A DNA stretch of 64,000 nt from Arcicella sp. (GTDB lineage: Bacteria > Bacteroidota > Bacteroidia > Cytophagales > Spirosomataceae): NCBI GenBank assembly GCA_043769985.1, contig JAYVIV010000136.1, positions 5,802 to 69,801 on the forward strand, given 5' to 3'. Position numbers and translations under genes: made by a program. Shown here in pieces: positions 47,171 to 57,490 of this stretch (its first letter is position 1; every line of letters starts with the position of its first letter). Below the pieces are notes generated by a model. The model was not told where the DNA came from. It searched no databases and saw only the letters and a program-made list of their open reading frames with translations.

Positions 47171-49579
47171 ATGTACAAAAATATAATCCTTCCAATTTTA
47201 TTAATAATCCTTCCATTATCAAACATTTACGCACAAAACAACGTCACAATTTCAGGAATTATGAAAGATAAAGTAGCAAAAACGGCTTTGCCTTTTGTGA
47301 ACATTATCCTCAAAACTGAAAAAGATAGTGTCTTTGTAAGTGGCTCAGTAAGCAACGAAGAAGGGCGTTTTTCACTACCCAATATCAAGTCAGGCAATTA
47401 TATTTTAGAAACCTCTTTTGTGGGATATTCTACGAAAAAGCAAGCTCTTTTTGTGGGAAATCTTACGCAATTTTTAGATGTTAATACCATCGAATTAGAA
47501 GAAAATTCTACGACTTTGAATGAAATTATAGTTACTGGAAGACAGGAAGAAATCAGCGAGAAAATGGACAAAAAAACGTTTTCTCTTAAAGATAATATCA
47601 GTCAAAGTGGTGGTTCTGTTTTACAGGCAATGCAAAATCTACCAAGTGTTACAGTCCAAGACGGGAAAGTGCAACTACGTGGTAATGATAAGGTTACGGT
47701 GCTGATTGATGGAAAACAAACGGCTCTTACGGGCTTCGGCAATCAGTCGGGATTAGATAATATTCCTTCCTCTGCGATTGATAAAATTGAAATAATTAAT
47801 AACCCCTCCGCTAAATATGATGCTAACGGAAATGCTGGAATTATCAATATTATTTACAAGAAAAACAAAAAAGAAGGCTTCAATGGTAAGGCAGGTTTCA
47901 CGACAGGTTTTGGCTCGCTTTGGGAACGAAAAAGCAATTTACCTAACATCAGACCCCAATATACTTTTACGCCCAAAATTAACCCCAGTTTATCGCTCAA
48001 TTATCGCAAAAACAAGGTAAATACTTTTTTTCAAGGTGATTATTTATATACTGAAACGCTCAATAAAAATGAATTTGTTACCCGAATTTATGATGATGGC
48101 GATGTGATAAATTCACAATTAAAACGTAACCGAGATACGCATTTCACGACTTTCAAAACGGGCATTGATTGGAATATTGACGAACAAAATACGCTCACCA
48201 TTTCGGGATTATTCGGTAGTGAAAAAATAATTGATAACGGAGACCAACCATTTTTTAATAAAAGTTTATCAGAAAGAAGAAGACTATGGCAGTTTTTGGA
48301 AGATGAATTGAAAACTACCGTCATGGCAACTGCTACCTATCAACATAAATTTAAGGAGGCGGGGCGTTTGTTGAATATTGGATTTAATTACACCTTTCAC
48401 CGAGAAGATGAGAAGTATTTTTACGATAATATTTTGCCAAATTCAGTTGGAACAGATGCTTTCAAATTACTTTCAGACGAACAGGTTTATGATTTGAATG
48501 TGGACTACATAAAACCACTAAAATATGGCAGAATTGAAACGGGTTTGAAGCTCCGCAAAAGAGATATTCCGACCAATATGTTGTTCATTCCTGGCAAAAA
48601 TTCTGTGATAGATGCCAATGCGGGAGGCGAAGCTACTTACAAAGAATTGATACCTGCGGTGTATGGAAATTACGTTTTTGAAAACAAGAAATGGGAGGCA
48701 GAAGTGGGTCTGAGAGTCGAATACGTTGATTTACGGTATGAAGTTAATCCAAATCATCCCACCTATAAAAGTGATGGCTATGATTATACACAACCATTTC
48801 CAAACCTAAGATTTGCTTATAAATTGAATGATAATAACAAAATTTCCCTTTTCTACAATCGCAGAGTAGATAGACCGAATGAGGTGGATATTCGGATTTT
48901 TCCAAAGTATGATGATGCTGAAATTATTAAGGTTGGAAATCCCGCTTTGCGTCCACAGTTCACCAATTCGCTTGAATTAGGCTACAAAACCAATTGGTCG
49001 AAAGGTAGTTTTTATAATGCTTTTTACCACCGTTTTGCCGACGGAACTATCACCAGAATTTCGAGTACAGCACTTGGAAGTAACTTAATTTACGCTACTT
49101 TTCAGAATGTAAATAAGAGTTTCAACACAGGTCTTGAAATGGTTTTGGCTCAGGAAATTTCAAAGGCGTATTCATTCAATGTCAATCTGAATGCTTACAG
49201 AAATCAAATTGATGCTTTTACGGTTTTGAATAAATATCCTGTAAGTCTCTCATTTTCAGCTAATAAACAAGAGATTTTTTCTGGAAATATCAAACTCAAT
49301 AATACCTTTCATTTCTCAAAAAGTATAGATGCTCAATTAACCGCCATTTATTTAGCTCCCGATATTATTCCACAGGGCAAAATCAACACAAGATTTTCGT
49401 TGGATTTAGGTTTGAAAAAAGCCATTCAAAATGGAAAAGGCGAATTGTTTTTTAATGCTACCGATTTATTGAATACGATGATTATCAAACGTGAAATTCA
49501 AGGAGAAGGGTTTCGTTACACCAGCAACGATTATTATGAAACGCAGGTGGTGAGGCTTGGGTATGGGTATAAGTTTTGA
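47171..49579 (+). CDS. TonB-dependent receptor / outer-membrane beta-barrel family 3
   Basis: IDKIEIINNPSAKYDANG, GNPALRP, ends YKF. Confidence 0.88.
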   Translation: MYKNIILPILLIILPLSNIYAQNNVTISGIMKDKVAKTALPFVNIILKTEKDSVFVSGSVSNEEGRFSLPNIKSGNYILETSFVGYSTKKQALFVGNLTQFLDVNTIELEENSTTLNEIIVTGRQEEISEKMDKKTFSLKDNISQSGGSVLQAMQNLPSVTVQDGKVQLRGNDKVTVLIDGKQTALTGFGNQSGLDNIPSSAIDKIEIINNPSAKYDANGNAGIINIIYKKNKKEGFNGKAGFTTGFGSLWERKSNLPNIRPQYTFTPKINPSLSLNYRKNKVNTFFQGDYLYTETLNKNEFVTRIYDDGDVINSQLKRNRDTHFTTFKTGIDWNIDEQNTLTISGLFGSEKIIDNGDQPFFNKSLSERRRLWQFLEDELKTTVMATATYQHKFKEAGRLLNIGFNYTFHREDEKYFYDNILPNSVGTDAFKLLSDEQVYDLNVDYIKPLKYGRIETGLKLRKRDIPTNMLFIPGKNSVIDANAGGEATYKELIPAVYGNYVFENKKWEAEVGLRVEYVDLRYEVNPNHPTYKSDGYDYTQPFPNLRFAYKLNDNNKISLFYNRRVDRPNEVDIRIFPKYDDAEIIKVGNPALRPQFTNSLELGYKTNWSKGSFYNAFYHRFADGTITRISSTALGSNLIYATFQNVNKSFNTGLEMVLAQEISKAYSFNVNLNAYRNQIDAFTVLNKYPVSLSFSANKQEIFSGNIKLNNTFHFSKSIDAQLTAIYLAPDIIPQGKINTRFSLDLGLKKAIQNGKGELFFNATDLLNTMIIKREIQGEGFRYTSNDYYETQVVRLGYGYKF

Positions 49580-49616
49580 AATTTTGAAGGAACGATAGAC
49601 TACTTATGGGACGACG

Positions 49617-49718
49617 AAAGTTAGACCACGGATAAAACAGATTTTACTGATTTACACAGATTTTTTACATTTAATCCGTGTAAATCAGTCTAATCCGCAC
49701 AATCCGTGGTCTATTTTC
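49617..49718. repeat. GACCACGGA...TCCGTGGTC inverted element, copy 2
   Basis: AAAGTTAGACCACGGA and AATCCGTGGTCTATTTTC shared with the copy at 38632. Confidence 0.85.
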
Positions 49719-49798
49719 ATCTACGACAAACAGTTTTTTAAACCATTCCCCTCATCCATAGTCAAAGAAGTGTTTAACGGAATAAAACACATCACAAC

Positions 49799-51004
49799 AT
49801 GGCATCCAGACGTGAATTTATACAAAAATCAGCCCTCGCTACGGTAGGTACAATGCTGATTCCCAACTTCTTAAAGGGATTTGAACAACAAGCTTTTGCT
49901 TTACAACAAGCACAAAGCCAAGGAAAAATATTGGTAATGGTTCAACTTTCAGGTGGAAATGATGGCTTAAATACTGTCATTCCATTCCGAAATGACATCT
50001 ATTATCGTGAACGTCCAAGTATAAGCTACAAGACTGATAAAGTTTTGAAATTGAATGATGAAATTGGGCTAAATCCAGCCTTAGAGTCAATCAGAGGACT
50101 TTATGATAATGGTTCGATGCAAATTATTAACAACGTAGGCTACCCAAATCCTGACCGTTCACACTTTCGTTCGATGGATATTTGGCAAACGGGTAGTAGT
50201 TCGGATGAATATTTGAAGAGTGGTTGGTTAGGACGATATTTAGATGCCCAATGTTCGGGAAAATGCGAACCGCACGCTGCCATTGAAGTGGATGATTCGT
50301 TGAGTTTGGCACTCAAAGGCTCGAAAGTGAAAGGTATGGCGGTGCAAAATCCTGCTCAATTATACCGACAAACTAAAAATCCATTCCTCGAAAAACTCGC
50401 CAAAGTCAATCACGAAGAATTTGATAACGTAAATTATCTCTACAAAACGCTTTCAGAAACCATTTCTTCGGCAGATTATATTTACGAAAAATCGAAGGTT
50501 TATCAATCAAAAGCCACTTATCCACAATCGGATTTGGGTAAAAGAATGAAAACCATTTCGGAATTAATCAACTCGGGTGTGCAAACACAGGTATATTACG
50601 TATCGCACGGGAGTTTTGATACGCACGTCAATCAGGTAAATCAGCAAGAACGTTTATTGAAACAATATGCCGAAGCCATGCGTGTTTTTATGGACGACAT
50701 GAAAGCCAACGGACGAACGGAAGATGTGATGGTGATGACGTTCTCTGAGTTTGGCAGAAGAGTAAAACAAAACGCCTCAAACGGCACAGACCACGGCACG
50801 GCAAACAATGTTTTTTTGATGGGAGGGAAGTTAAAAACCGACTCAAACCTCATGCAAGCCCCTGATTTACAGAATCTTGACGAAGGAGATTTAAAATATA
50901 AAGTAGATTTCAGAAGTATTTATTCAACTATCTTGGATAAATGGTTACAGACGGATTCAGTGGCGATTTTGGGGAAAAGATTTGGGGGTTTGGGGTTTGT
51001 GTAG
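49799..51004 (+). CDS. DUF1501 family protein with Tat signal
   Basis: SRREF, QLSGGNDGLNT, SHFRSMDIW, GSFDTH, SEFGRR, GTDHG. Confidence 0.88.
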   Translation: MASRREFIQKSALATVGTMLIPNFLKGFEQQAFALQQAQSQGKILVMVQLSGGNDGLNTVIPFRNDIYYRERPSISYKTDKVLKLNDEIGLNPALESIRGLYDNGSMQIINNVGYPNPDRSHFRSMDIWQTGSSSDEYLKSGWLGRYLDAQCSGKCEPHAAIEVDDSLSLALKGSKVKGMAVQNPAQLYRQTKNPFLEKLAKVNHEEFDNVNYLYKTLSETISSADYIYEKSKVYQSKATYPQSDLGKRMKTISELINSGVQTQVYYVSHGSFDTHVNQVNQQERLLKQYAEAMRVFMDDMKANGRTEDVMVMTFSEFGRRVKQNASNGTDHGTANNVFLMGGKLKTDSNLMQAPDLQNLDEGDLKYKVDFRSIYSTILDKWLQTDSVAILGKRFGGLGFV

Positions 51005-51040
51005 ATTGTTTTTGTAAATTTGTAAAAACAGATTTACAAA

Positions 51041-51712
51041 ATGGCTACTGTATCTTCAAATATCCCAAAATATAATTTTGAGCGTTGCGACAAGACTTTT
51101 GTCGAAACAACTTTTGGTATTTCAAGGGTTGAAAATCTGTCCGTTCTTACGGATTGGATAAACTCGAAAAATGTTGAAACGGTCAATGATTTTGAAGAAA
51201 AAATATTAGAAATTGCTCGCAAAAAAGCCAGTCTTAGAATCAATGATTGGAATGAAGAAACTTTGAAATTGAGCTTTATCTCAACGATTTTGAATCTTGC
51301 AGAATTTGACGGAAAAAATTATAGTGCCTTTGCTGATGAGAAATTAGAAGCGAATTTTGGGCACCTCATCCTCACGGGAAAAATAGATTGGTTTGTAGCA
51401 AAAGGACTTTATAAACCTCAAACTCCTTATCTGTTTTTTCATGAATACAAACGAACCAAACAATCCTCCTCAGACCCCGATGGGCAATTATTGGCAGAAA
51501 TGGTTGCTGCCCGATTCATAAATAAACAACCAGAAGACACCATGTATGGTATTGTGGTTTGGGGTAAAGAGTGGTATTTTATGACTTTAAAGAATGATGA
51601 ATACGCAATCAGTAAATCTTTGGACAGTACCGTGAAAGAGGATTTATTTGATATATATAAAATTTTGAAATCTTCTAAGGCTATTATTGAAGAGAGATTG
51701 TTGAAAGAATAG
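51041..51712 (+). CDS. Standalone restriction-endonuclease-like (HSDR_N-like / PD-(D/E)xK) hypothetical protein
   Basis: WNEETLK, GKIDW, HEYK, GQLLAEM, YGIVVWGKEWYF. Confidence 0.55.
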   Translation: MATVSSNIPKYNFERCDKTFVETTFGISRVENLSVLTDWINSKNVETVNDFEEKILEIARKKASLRINDWNEETLKLSFISTILNLAEFDGKNYSAFADEKLEANFGHLILTGKIDWFVAKGLYKPQTPYLFFHEYKRTKQSSSDPDGQLLAEMVAARFINKQPEDTMYGIVVWGKEWYFMTLKNDEYAISKSLDSTVKEDLFDIYKILKSSKAIIEERLLKE

Positions 51713-51783
51713 AATTCCCTTAAATCTTCTTAATTTCCCCACAAACGTATCAATCCTACGCATCAAGGTTTTAACTTTGTTGT

Positions 51784-53517
51784 ATGACAGAAAAACGCTG
51801 GATTTATAAACCCACTCCTCCCCAAAAACAGATTGATTCGTTAGTCGAAAAACTGAATGTTTCGACTGAAATCGCTACGCTTTTGGCTCAACGTCAGATT
51901 GCGAGTTTCGACGAAGCCAAAGATTTTTTTCGCCCTGAACTTTCGCAATTGCACGACCCATTCTTGATGAAAGACATGGATAAAGCCGTTGCCCGTTTGG
52001 AAGAAGCCATTTTCAAAGGCGAAAAAATCTTGGTTTATGGCGATTATGATGTTGATGGAACTACCTCGGTTGCCACGTTTTATGGATTTTTAAAGACCGT
52101 TATTTTTCAAAATAGAGAAGATTGTCCCTTAGAATTTTACATTCCCGACCGTTATACCGAAGGCTACGGCGTTTCGCAAAAAGGCATTGAATATGCGGCG
52201 GATAATGGTTTTGGCTTGATTGTGTGTTTAGACTGTGGCATAAAATCAAAAGATAAAGTGGCTTGGGCGAAGGCACATAACGTAGATTTCATCATCTGCG
52301 ACCATCACCGCCCAGACGATAACGACCTCCCAGATGCTGTGGCGGTGCTTGACCCAAAACGTGCCGATTGTACTTATCCTTTCGATGAATTGACGGGTTG
52401 TGGTGTTGGATTTAAATTATTGCAGGCATTTTGCACAAATCAAGGCATTTCCGACGACCTCCTCCTCCCTTATCTCGACTTGGTGGTTACGTCCATTTCT
52501 TGCGACATCGTTCCTATCGTAGGCGAAAACCGAACAATGGCATATTTTGGTTTGCAACAACTGAACACCAATCCAAGAACGGGTTTGAAAGCCTTGATGT
52601 CTGCGGCAAGTATTGCTGGTAAAATGGACATCACGAAAGTCGTTTTTGGGCTTGGACCACGCATCAATGCGGCGGGTAGAATCAAGCATGCTTATGACGC
52701 AGTGAATTTGTTACTGTCTGATAATGAGGAGGCTGCGTTTGATTTTGCGAAGATAATTACAAAACATAATACCGACCGCAAAGGATTTGATAGTACCATT
52801 ACCGAAGAAGTATTGGCGATGATTGAGGGTGATGAAATTCTCTTAAATGCCAAGAGTACCGTCCTTTTCAAGAATGATTGGAACAAAGGTGTAATTGGCA
52901 TTGTAGCGAGTCGTTGCATTGAAAAATATCATCGCCCGACCATTATTCTCACCGAATCGCAAGGACACGCTGCGGGTTCGGCTCGTTCTGTGCCAGGATT
53001 TGATGTGTATGAAGCCATTGAAGAATGTGAGGAACATCTAATTCAGTTTGGTGGACATACTTTTGCGGCGGGTTTGACCTTAGAAATCAGCGAGATAGAG
53101 AATTTTAAGCGTAAATTTGAAGAAGTGGTTTCTCGTAAAATTTTACCCGAACAACTTTCTCCCATGATTTCGGTAGATATGAATTTACCTTTAAGTCAAA
53201 TTACCGATAAATTTCACAGAATCATGTGCCAAATGTCACCATTTGGACCTCAAAATATGACTCCCGTTTTTGTTTCTGAAAACGTAATTTTACACGGTGT
53301 ACCTATAAAAATGAAAGAGAAACACTTGAAAATCAATGTGTTTCAAGAGGATTCAGCGGCTTTCACTTGCGTAGGTTTTGGCATGGTAGAAGATTTTTAC
53401 GAAGAACTATCCAAAGGAAAACCCTTTTCAATTTGTTATACCATAGAGATTAATGAATGGCAAGGGAAAAAGAGTTTTCAGTTGATGTTGAAGGATATTA
53501 AATTAGGGGTTGGGTGA
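51784..53517 (+). CDS. recJ: ssDNA exonuclease RecJ
   Basis: GDYDVDG, DCG, DHH, GPRINAAGR, GSARS, GGHTFAAG. Confidence 0.97.
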   Translation: MTEKRWIYKPTPPQKQIDSLVEKLNVSTEIATLLAQRQIASFDEAKDFFRPELSQLHDPFLMKDMDKAVARLEEAIFKGEKILVYGDYDVDGTTSVATFYGFLKTVIFQNREDCPLEFYIPDRYTEGYGVSQKGIEYAADNGFGLIVCLDCGIKSKDKVAWAKAHNVDFIICDHHRPDDNDLPDAVAVLDPKRADCTYPFDELTGCGVGFKLLQAFCTNQGISDDLLLPYLDLVVTSISCDIVPIVGENRTMAYFGLQQLNTNPRTGLKALMSAASIAGKMDITKVVFGLGPRINAAGRIKHAYDAVNLLLSDNEEAAFDFAKIITKHNTDRKGFDSTITEEVLAMIEGDEILLNAKSTVLFKNDWNKGVIGIVASRCIEKYHRPTIILTESQGHAAGSARSVPGFDVYEAIEECEEHLIQFGGHTFAAGLTLEISEIENFKRKFEEVVSRKILPEQLSPMISVDMNLPLSQITDKFHRIMCQMSPFGPQNMTPVFVSENVILHGVPIKMKEKHLKINVFQEDSAAFTCVGFGMVEDFYEELSKGKPFSICYTIEINEWQGKKSFQLMLKDIKLGVG

Positions 53518-53581
53518 TTGGGGTTAAGGGTTAGTAAAATTTTGATTATCAATAAGTTACCGATAAAATATTTTTAGAAAT

Positions 53582-54892
53582 ATGAAACAAAAAATCATCA
53601 TCAAAAATTTTGGTCCAATCAAGGACGTTGAAATGGAAATTGACGACTTTACGATTTTTATTGGTCCACAAACCAGTGGAAAAAGTACGATTGCAAAAAG
53701 TGTGTTTTTCTTTTTGTCTTTGAGGGATGATATGATGGTTTCATTACAAAAAGATTTTGATAATTATATTTTAAAAAATGAATTAGAGAGTTTTAGGCAA
53801 GTCATTAAGTCTAAATTTTACGAGTATTGGGGTGGAGCTAACATGGGTAGTGTTAGTAATTTTGAATTAAAATATTTCTACTCTGAAAAAATTTGGATAC
53901 AGTTAATATATGAGAGACCCTCCGAAGAACTTTTTATTGTAAATTTCAGTAAAGATTTCGTGAGTCAAATTCATACCATATCTCACTCCTTAAATATGAG
54001 TTCTCGTATCGTTCGTATTTTTTCGACATCCAAAGATTTAGCTCAAAAAGCATTGGAAAAAGACAAAGTATTAACGGAGCTAAATAATAGCTTAAATGAA
54101 ATTTTTGGTTTTGACAATGACTTATTATTTATTCCCGCAGGAAGAAGTATTATATCCACTTTATCAGAACAAATCCAAAATATTAATCCTAAAAGTTTAG
54201 ATTCGTTGACAAAATTATTTATTGAAAGGATAAATGCTTCAAAAGGATTTAAGGGTTCTAATGATTTAGAGTCATACAATCTTTACGGACATTTAGATAT
54301 GGAAAATGAAATGGTACTATTACTTAAAAATTTATCGGAATCAATTTTACAGGGTTCTTATTTTTATGATGAATTTGAAGATGGAGGTGATAAGATAAAG
54401 ATTAGTAATACAAACTATATTAGGCTTCTTTTTGCCTCATCAGGGCAGCAAGAAACCGTTTGGATTATTCAAATGGTACTTTTATTAATTCTCAATAAAC
54501 AAAAAGTATTCATCGTAATCGAAGAACCAGAAGCTCATTTATTTCCCAAAACTCAAAAAGATATTTTAAACCTAATCGTCTTATTATCAAATACTTCTGA
54601 TAATAAAATTTTCATTACCACGCATTCTCCCTACATATTAACTTCGCTTAATAATAACATTTATGCATATCAAGTAGGGCAACAACATGAGGAAAAAGTT
54701 GATAAAATTATTGATAAAAAATTGTGGATGAATCCCGATAAACTACAAGCCTATTTTGTGGGTGGAAAAGATAATCAAGGAAAAATAAGGAGTATTATCC
54801 ATCCAGAATTACAAATTATTCAAACTGAGGAGATTGACAGTGCTTCCAGTATTAATAATGAAGAATATGACTTACTTTTTGATTTAGACTGA
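53582..54892 (+). CDS. ABC-type ATPase (AAA_15/AAA_21, OLD/AbiEii-like)
   Basis: IKNFGPI, GPQTSGKS, SSGQQE, IEEPEAHLFP, ITTHSPY. Confidence 0.85.
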   Translation: MKQKIIIKNFGPIKDVEMEIDDFTIFIGPQTSGKSTIAKSVFFFLSLRDDMMVSLQKDFDNYILKNELESFRQVIKSKFYEYWGGANMGSVSNFELKYFYSEKIWIQLIYERPSEELFIVNFSKDFVSQIHTISHSLNMSSRIVRIFSTSKDLAQKALEKDKVLTELNNSLNEIFGFDNDLLFIPAGRSIISTLSEQIQNINPKSLDSLTKLFIERINASKGFKGSNDLESYNLYGHLDMENEMVLLLKNLSESILQGSYFYDEFEDGGDKIKISNTNYIRLLFASSGQQETVWIIQMVLLLILNKQKVFIVIEEPEAHLFPKTQKDILNLIVLLSNTSDNKIFITTHSPYILTSLNNNIYAYQVGQQHEEKVDKIIDKKLWMNPDKLQAYFVGGKDNQGKIRSIIHPELQIIQTEEIDSASSINNEEYDLLFDLD

Positions 54893-55374
54893 TGAAAAAC
54901 GAAATACCTAACTGCCATCCATTTGATAAAAAATGTGAAGAATTCTGCGACCATAGAACAAAAATAGTTTTGAGGGACAAAAAGGGTAAAAGTCAATTTT
55001 TGGTTAATAACCCTAATCGTTTTAAGGTTTGTTGCCTACTAATTGATGGATGTTTAATTGAAAGTCAAGAAGAAGAAAAAACGGATTTTTTACTACTGAA
55101 ATGCCCTAAAAAAGAAGAAGATGAGTCTTCAATTGCTTTTTTCGTAGAATTAAAAGGTTCAAATTTGATAAAAGCCGTGCGACAAATCAATAATTCCTTG
55201 AATATCCTTTTACCAAAATTGGAAGAATATTCAATTATCAATGGAAGAATTGTTACTACGAGAGTTGATAAAATTGACCTTGGACATACAGAGTATAAGG
55301 CTTTGATGAAAAGATTAAAAAACCTAAAAGGAACACTCGAACAAAAGAGTATTCAGATGGAGGAAAATATTTAA
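54892..55374 (+). CDS. Small PD-(D/E)xK-like protein translationally coupled to the ATPase
   Basis: TGATG stop/start overlap; IDGC...TDFLL...VELKG...AVRQI. Confidence 0.6.
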   Translation: MKNEIPNCHPFDKKCEEFCDHRTKIVLRDKKGKSQFLVNNPNRFKVCCLLIDGCLIESQEEEKTDFLLLKCPKKEEDESSIAFFVELKGSNLIKAVRQINNSLNILLPKLEEYSIINGRIVTTRVDKIDLGHTEYKALMKRLKNLKGTLEQKSIQMEENI

Positions 55375-55979
55375 TCACGAAACGTAGTAACAACTCTCTG
55401 CAAAACCCCAAGTAATTGCGGTAAATTATTGAGATAATATCGGTCAATATCAATGTAAATAATGTCGTTTTCGAGATAAAGGAAAATCCATTCGTAACCA
55501 TTGGTACAAGCTCCGTAAATATTGGTGTATGGAAGATTATATTTTTGGTTAAAATGCCTTGCTCCTATCATCTGAGCGGCATTTTGGGCTAAGGTTTTAG
55601 AGTTGTCAATATCACCTTTTTTAGCCTCACAAACATCAATTAATGGGGCTGTTAATTCAACAGAACCAGGGGCTTTGGCGAAAATAAAATCACATTCGCC
55701 GTTTAGACCTTTGGATTTTTCGCCATCAAGATTTTCACCCGAAAACAGTTCGATAAAATCTTTATTTAGGTTACGAATTTCTCTGAGAATCGGTAAAATA
55801 ATAGCTTCTGAAACGGCTTTTTCGGTAGTCAAAGGCATTCCTTTTGATAATTCGAGCAGGGAAACTAATAAATCAGAAGGCTCAACAGGGGTAGTAGGCG
55901 TAACAAATAAGCGTTTGGTCGTTTGATGAATACCAAAACTTTCTTTAATATCTGAAAATCGAAAATTTTTATACGACAT
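55371..55979 (-). CDS. Standalone HSDR_N-like / PD-(D/E)xK hypothetical protein (paralogue of 51041)
   Basis: [37 protein letters not shown]. Confidence 0.55.
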   Translation of the reverse strand: MSYKNFRFSDIKESFGIHQTTKRLFVTPTTPVEPSDLLVSLLELSKGMPLTTEKAVSEAIILPILREIRNLNKDFIELFSGENLDGEKSKGLNGECDFIFAKAPGSVELTAPLIDVCEAKKGDIDNSKTLAQNAAQMIGARHFNQKYNLPYTNIYGACTNGYEWIFLYLENDIIYIDIDRYYLNNLPQLLGVLQRVVTTFRD

Positions 55980-56070
55980 TGGATGTTTGTTTATTTTGTT
56001 ACACAAATTTAAGGCTTATGTTCTTACAAAAAACAAAAACTTTCAAAGCCAAACCAAGAACTTTAAATAC

Positions 56071-56802
56071 ATGATACTAAGAACAGAAAATTTAGTTAAA
56101 AAATACGGACAACGTATTGTCAATGACAACGTTAGCTATCAAGTGGCACAAGGCGAAATTGTGGGGCTTTTGGGACCGAATGGTGCTGGTAAAACCACGT
56201 CTTTCTACATGGCTACGGGCTTGGTGAAACCCAATTCTGGCAAGGTTTATTTGGATGATTTGGACGTTACGGACCTGCCAATGTATAAGCGTGCAAGGCT
56301 CGGAATCGGCTATTTGGCTCAGGAGGCATCGGTGTTTAGGTCTTTATCCGTAGAAGAAAATATTTTGGCGGTTTTGGAAATGACCAAACTCTCGAAGAAA
56401 GAGCAAAAGGAAAAAACCGAATCACTTTTAGAGGAATTTTCGTTGACGCACGTCCGTAAGAATTTGGGACAAGTTTTGTCGGGAGGAGAACGCCGCAGAA
56501 CTGAAATTGCCCGTGCTTTGGCAGTTGACCCAAAGTTTATTTTATTGGATGAACCCTTTGCGGGTGTTGACCCAATTGCAGTTGAGGAAATTCAAGGCAT
56601 CGTAGCAAAACTCAAATACCGCAACATCGGAATCTTGATTACCGACCACAATGTTGATGAAACCCTTTCCATCACCGACCGTGCCTATTTACTCTTTGAA
56701 GGCAAAATTCTAAAAGCAGGAACACCCCAAGAACTCGCTGACGATGAGCAAGTTAGACGTTTGTATTTGGGTAAACATTTTGAGTTGAAGAGGAAGATAT
56801 AG
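56071..56802 (+). CDS. lptB: LPS export ABC transporter ATPase LptB
   Basis: [42 protein letters not shown]. Confidence 0.95.
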   Translation: MILRTENLVKKYGQRIVNDNVSYQVAQGEIVGLLGPNGAGKTTSFYMATGLVKPNSGKVYLDDLDVTDLPMYKRARLGIGYLAQEASVFRSLSVEENILAVLEMTKLSKKEQKEKTESLLEEFSLTHVRKNLGQVLSGGERRRTEIARALAVDPKFILLDEPFAGVDPIAVEEIQGIVAKLKYRNIGILITDHNVDETLSITDRAYLLFEGKILKAGTPQELADDEQVRRLYLGKHFELKRKI

Positions 56803-56837
56803 GAAGAATTTATTATATTTGATTAAAAATTAGAAAC

Positions 56838-57071
56838 ATGACAAGAATCGTTTTAGATATTCCAAACAATAATGATGTGGAATTTTTACTTCCATTACTT
56901 CGCAGACTTGGGATAATAATCTCTAATGAATACCACGAATTAAGCGAATCAGAGGCTATTTATCATAAAAAAGTTATTGAAAAAGGTGGTAGAAATATAG
57001 AGAATTTTGAAAATTTTATGCAAGATTTTGAGTTAAGTCGTCAGGACAGACCTATGCCATTTAGAGACTGA
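56838..57071 (+). CDS. Putative antitoxin (VapB position)
   Basis: 77 aa, 5 nt upstream of a PIN gene. Confidence 0.6.
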   Translation: MTRIVLDIPNNNDVEFLLPLLRRLGIIISNEYHELSESEAIYHKKVIEKGGRNIENFENFMQDFELSRQDRPMPFRD

Positions 57072-57076
57072 TAAAC

Positions 57077-57448
57077 ATGAAAATTTTTGACAGTAACCTA
57101 ATCATTTATTCTTCTCAGGCAGAGTTTCAATTCTTAAAACCAATCATTAATCAGCCTAACAGTTTCGTATCTGAAATCACAAAATTAGAGGTTTTGGGGT
57201 ATCATCAGATCAATTTGATTGACAAAAACTATTTTGAAAGTCAATTTGCTGTGTTGAAGATAATTCCGATTGATAAAAGTGTGATTGATACCGCTATTGA
57301 TTTACGTCAAAAAAAGAAAATGTCAGTTGGAGACAGCATCATAGCTTCTACTGCTTTGCTTTATGATTATGAACTTTACACAAGGAATACTGGAGATTTT
57401 AGCTGGATTAAGGGTTTGAGAATTGTTAATCCATTTACTGATTTGTGA
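57077..57448 (+). CDS. vapC: PIN domain VapC toxin
   Basis: IFDSNLII, ITKLEVL, DSIIASTAL, LYTRNTGDF. Confidence 0.88.
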   Translation: MKIFDSNLIIYSSQAEFQFLKPIINQPNSFVSEITKLEVLGYHQINLIDKNYFESQFAVLKIIPIDKSVIDTAIDLRQKKKMSVGDSIIASTALLYDYELYTRNTGDFSWIKGLRIVNPFTDL

Positions 57449-57490
57449 ATTGAGTAAACTAATCATCCACACACCAATTTAAAGAATACC

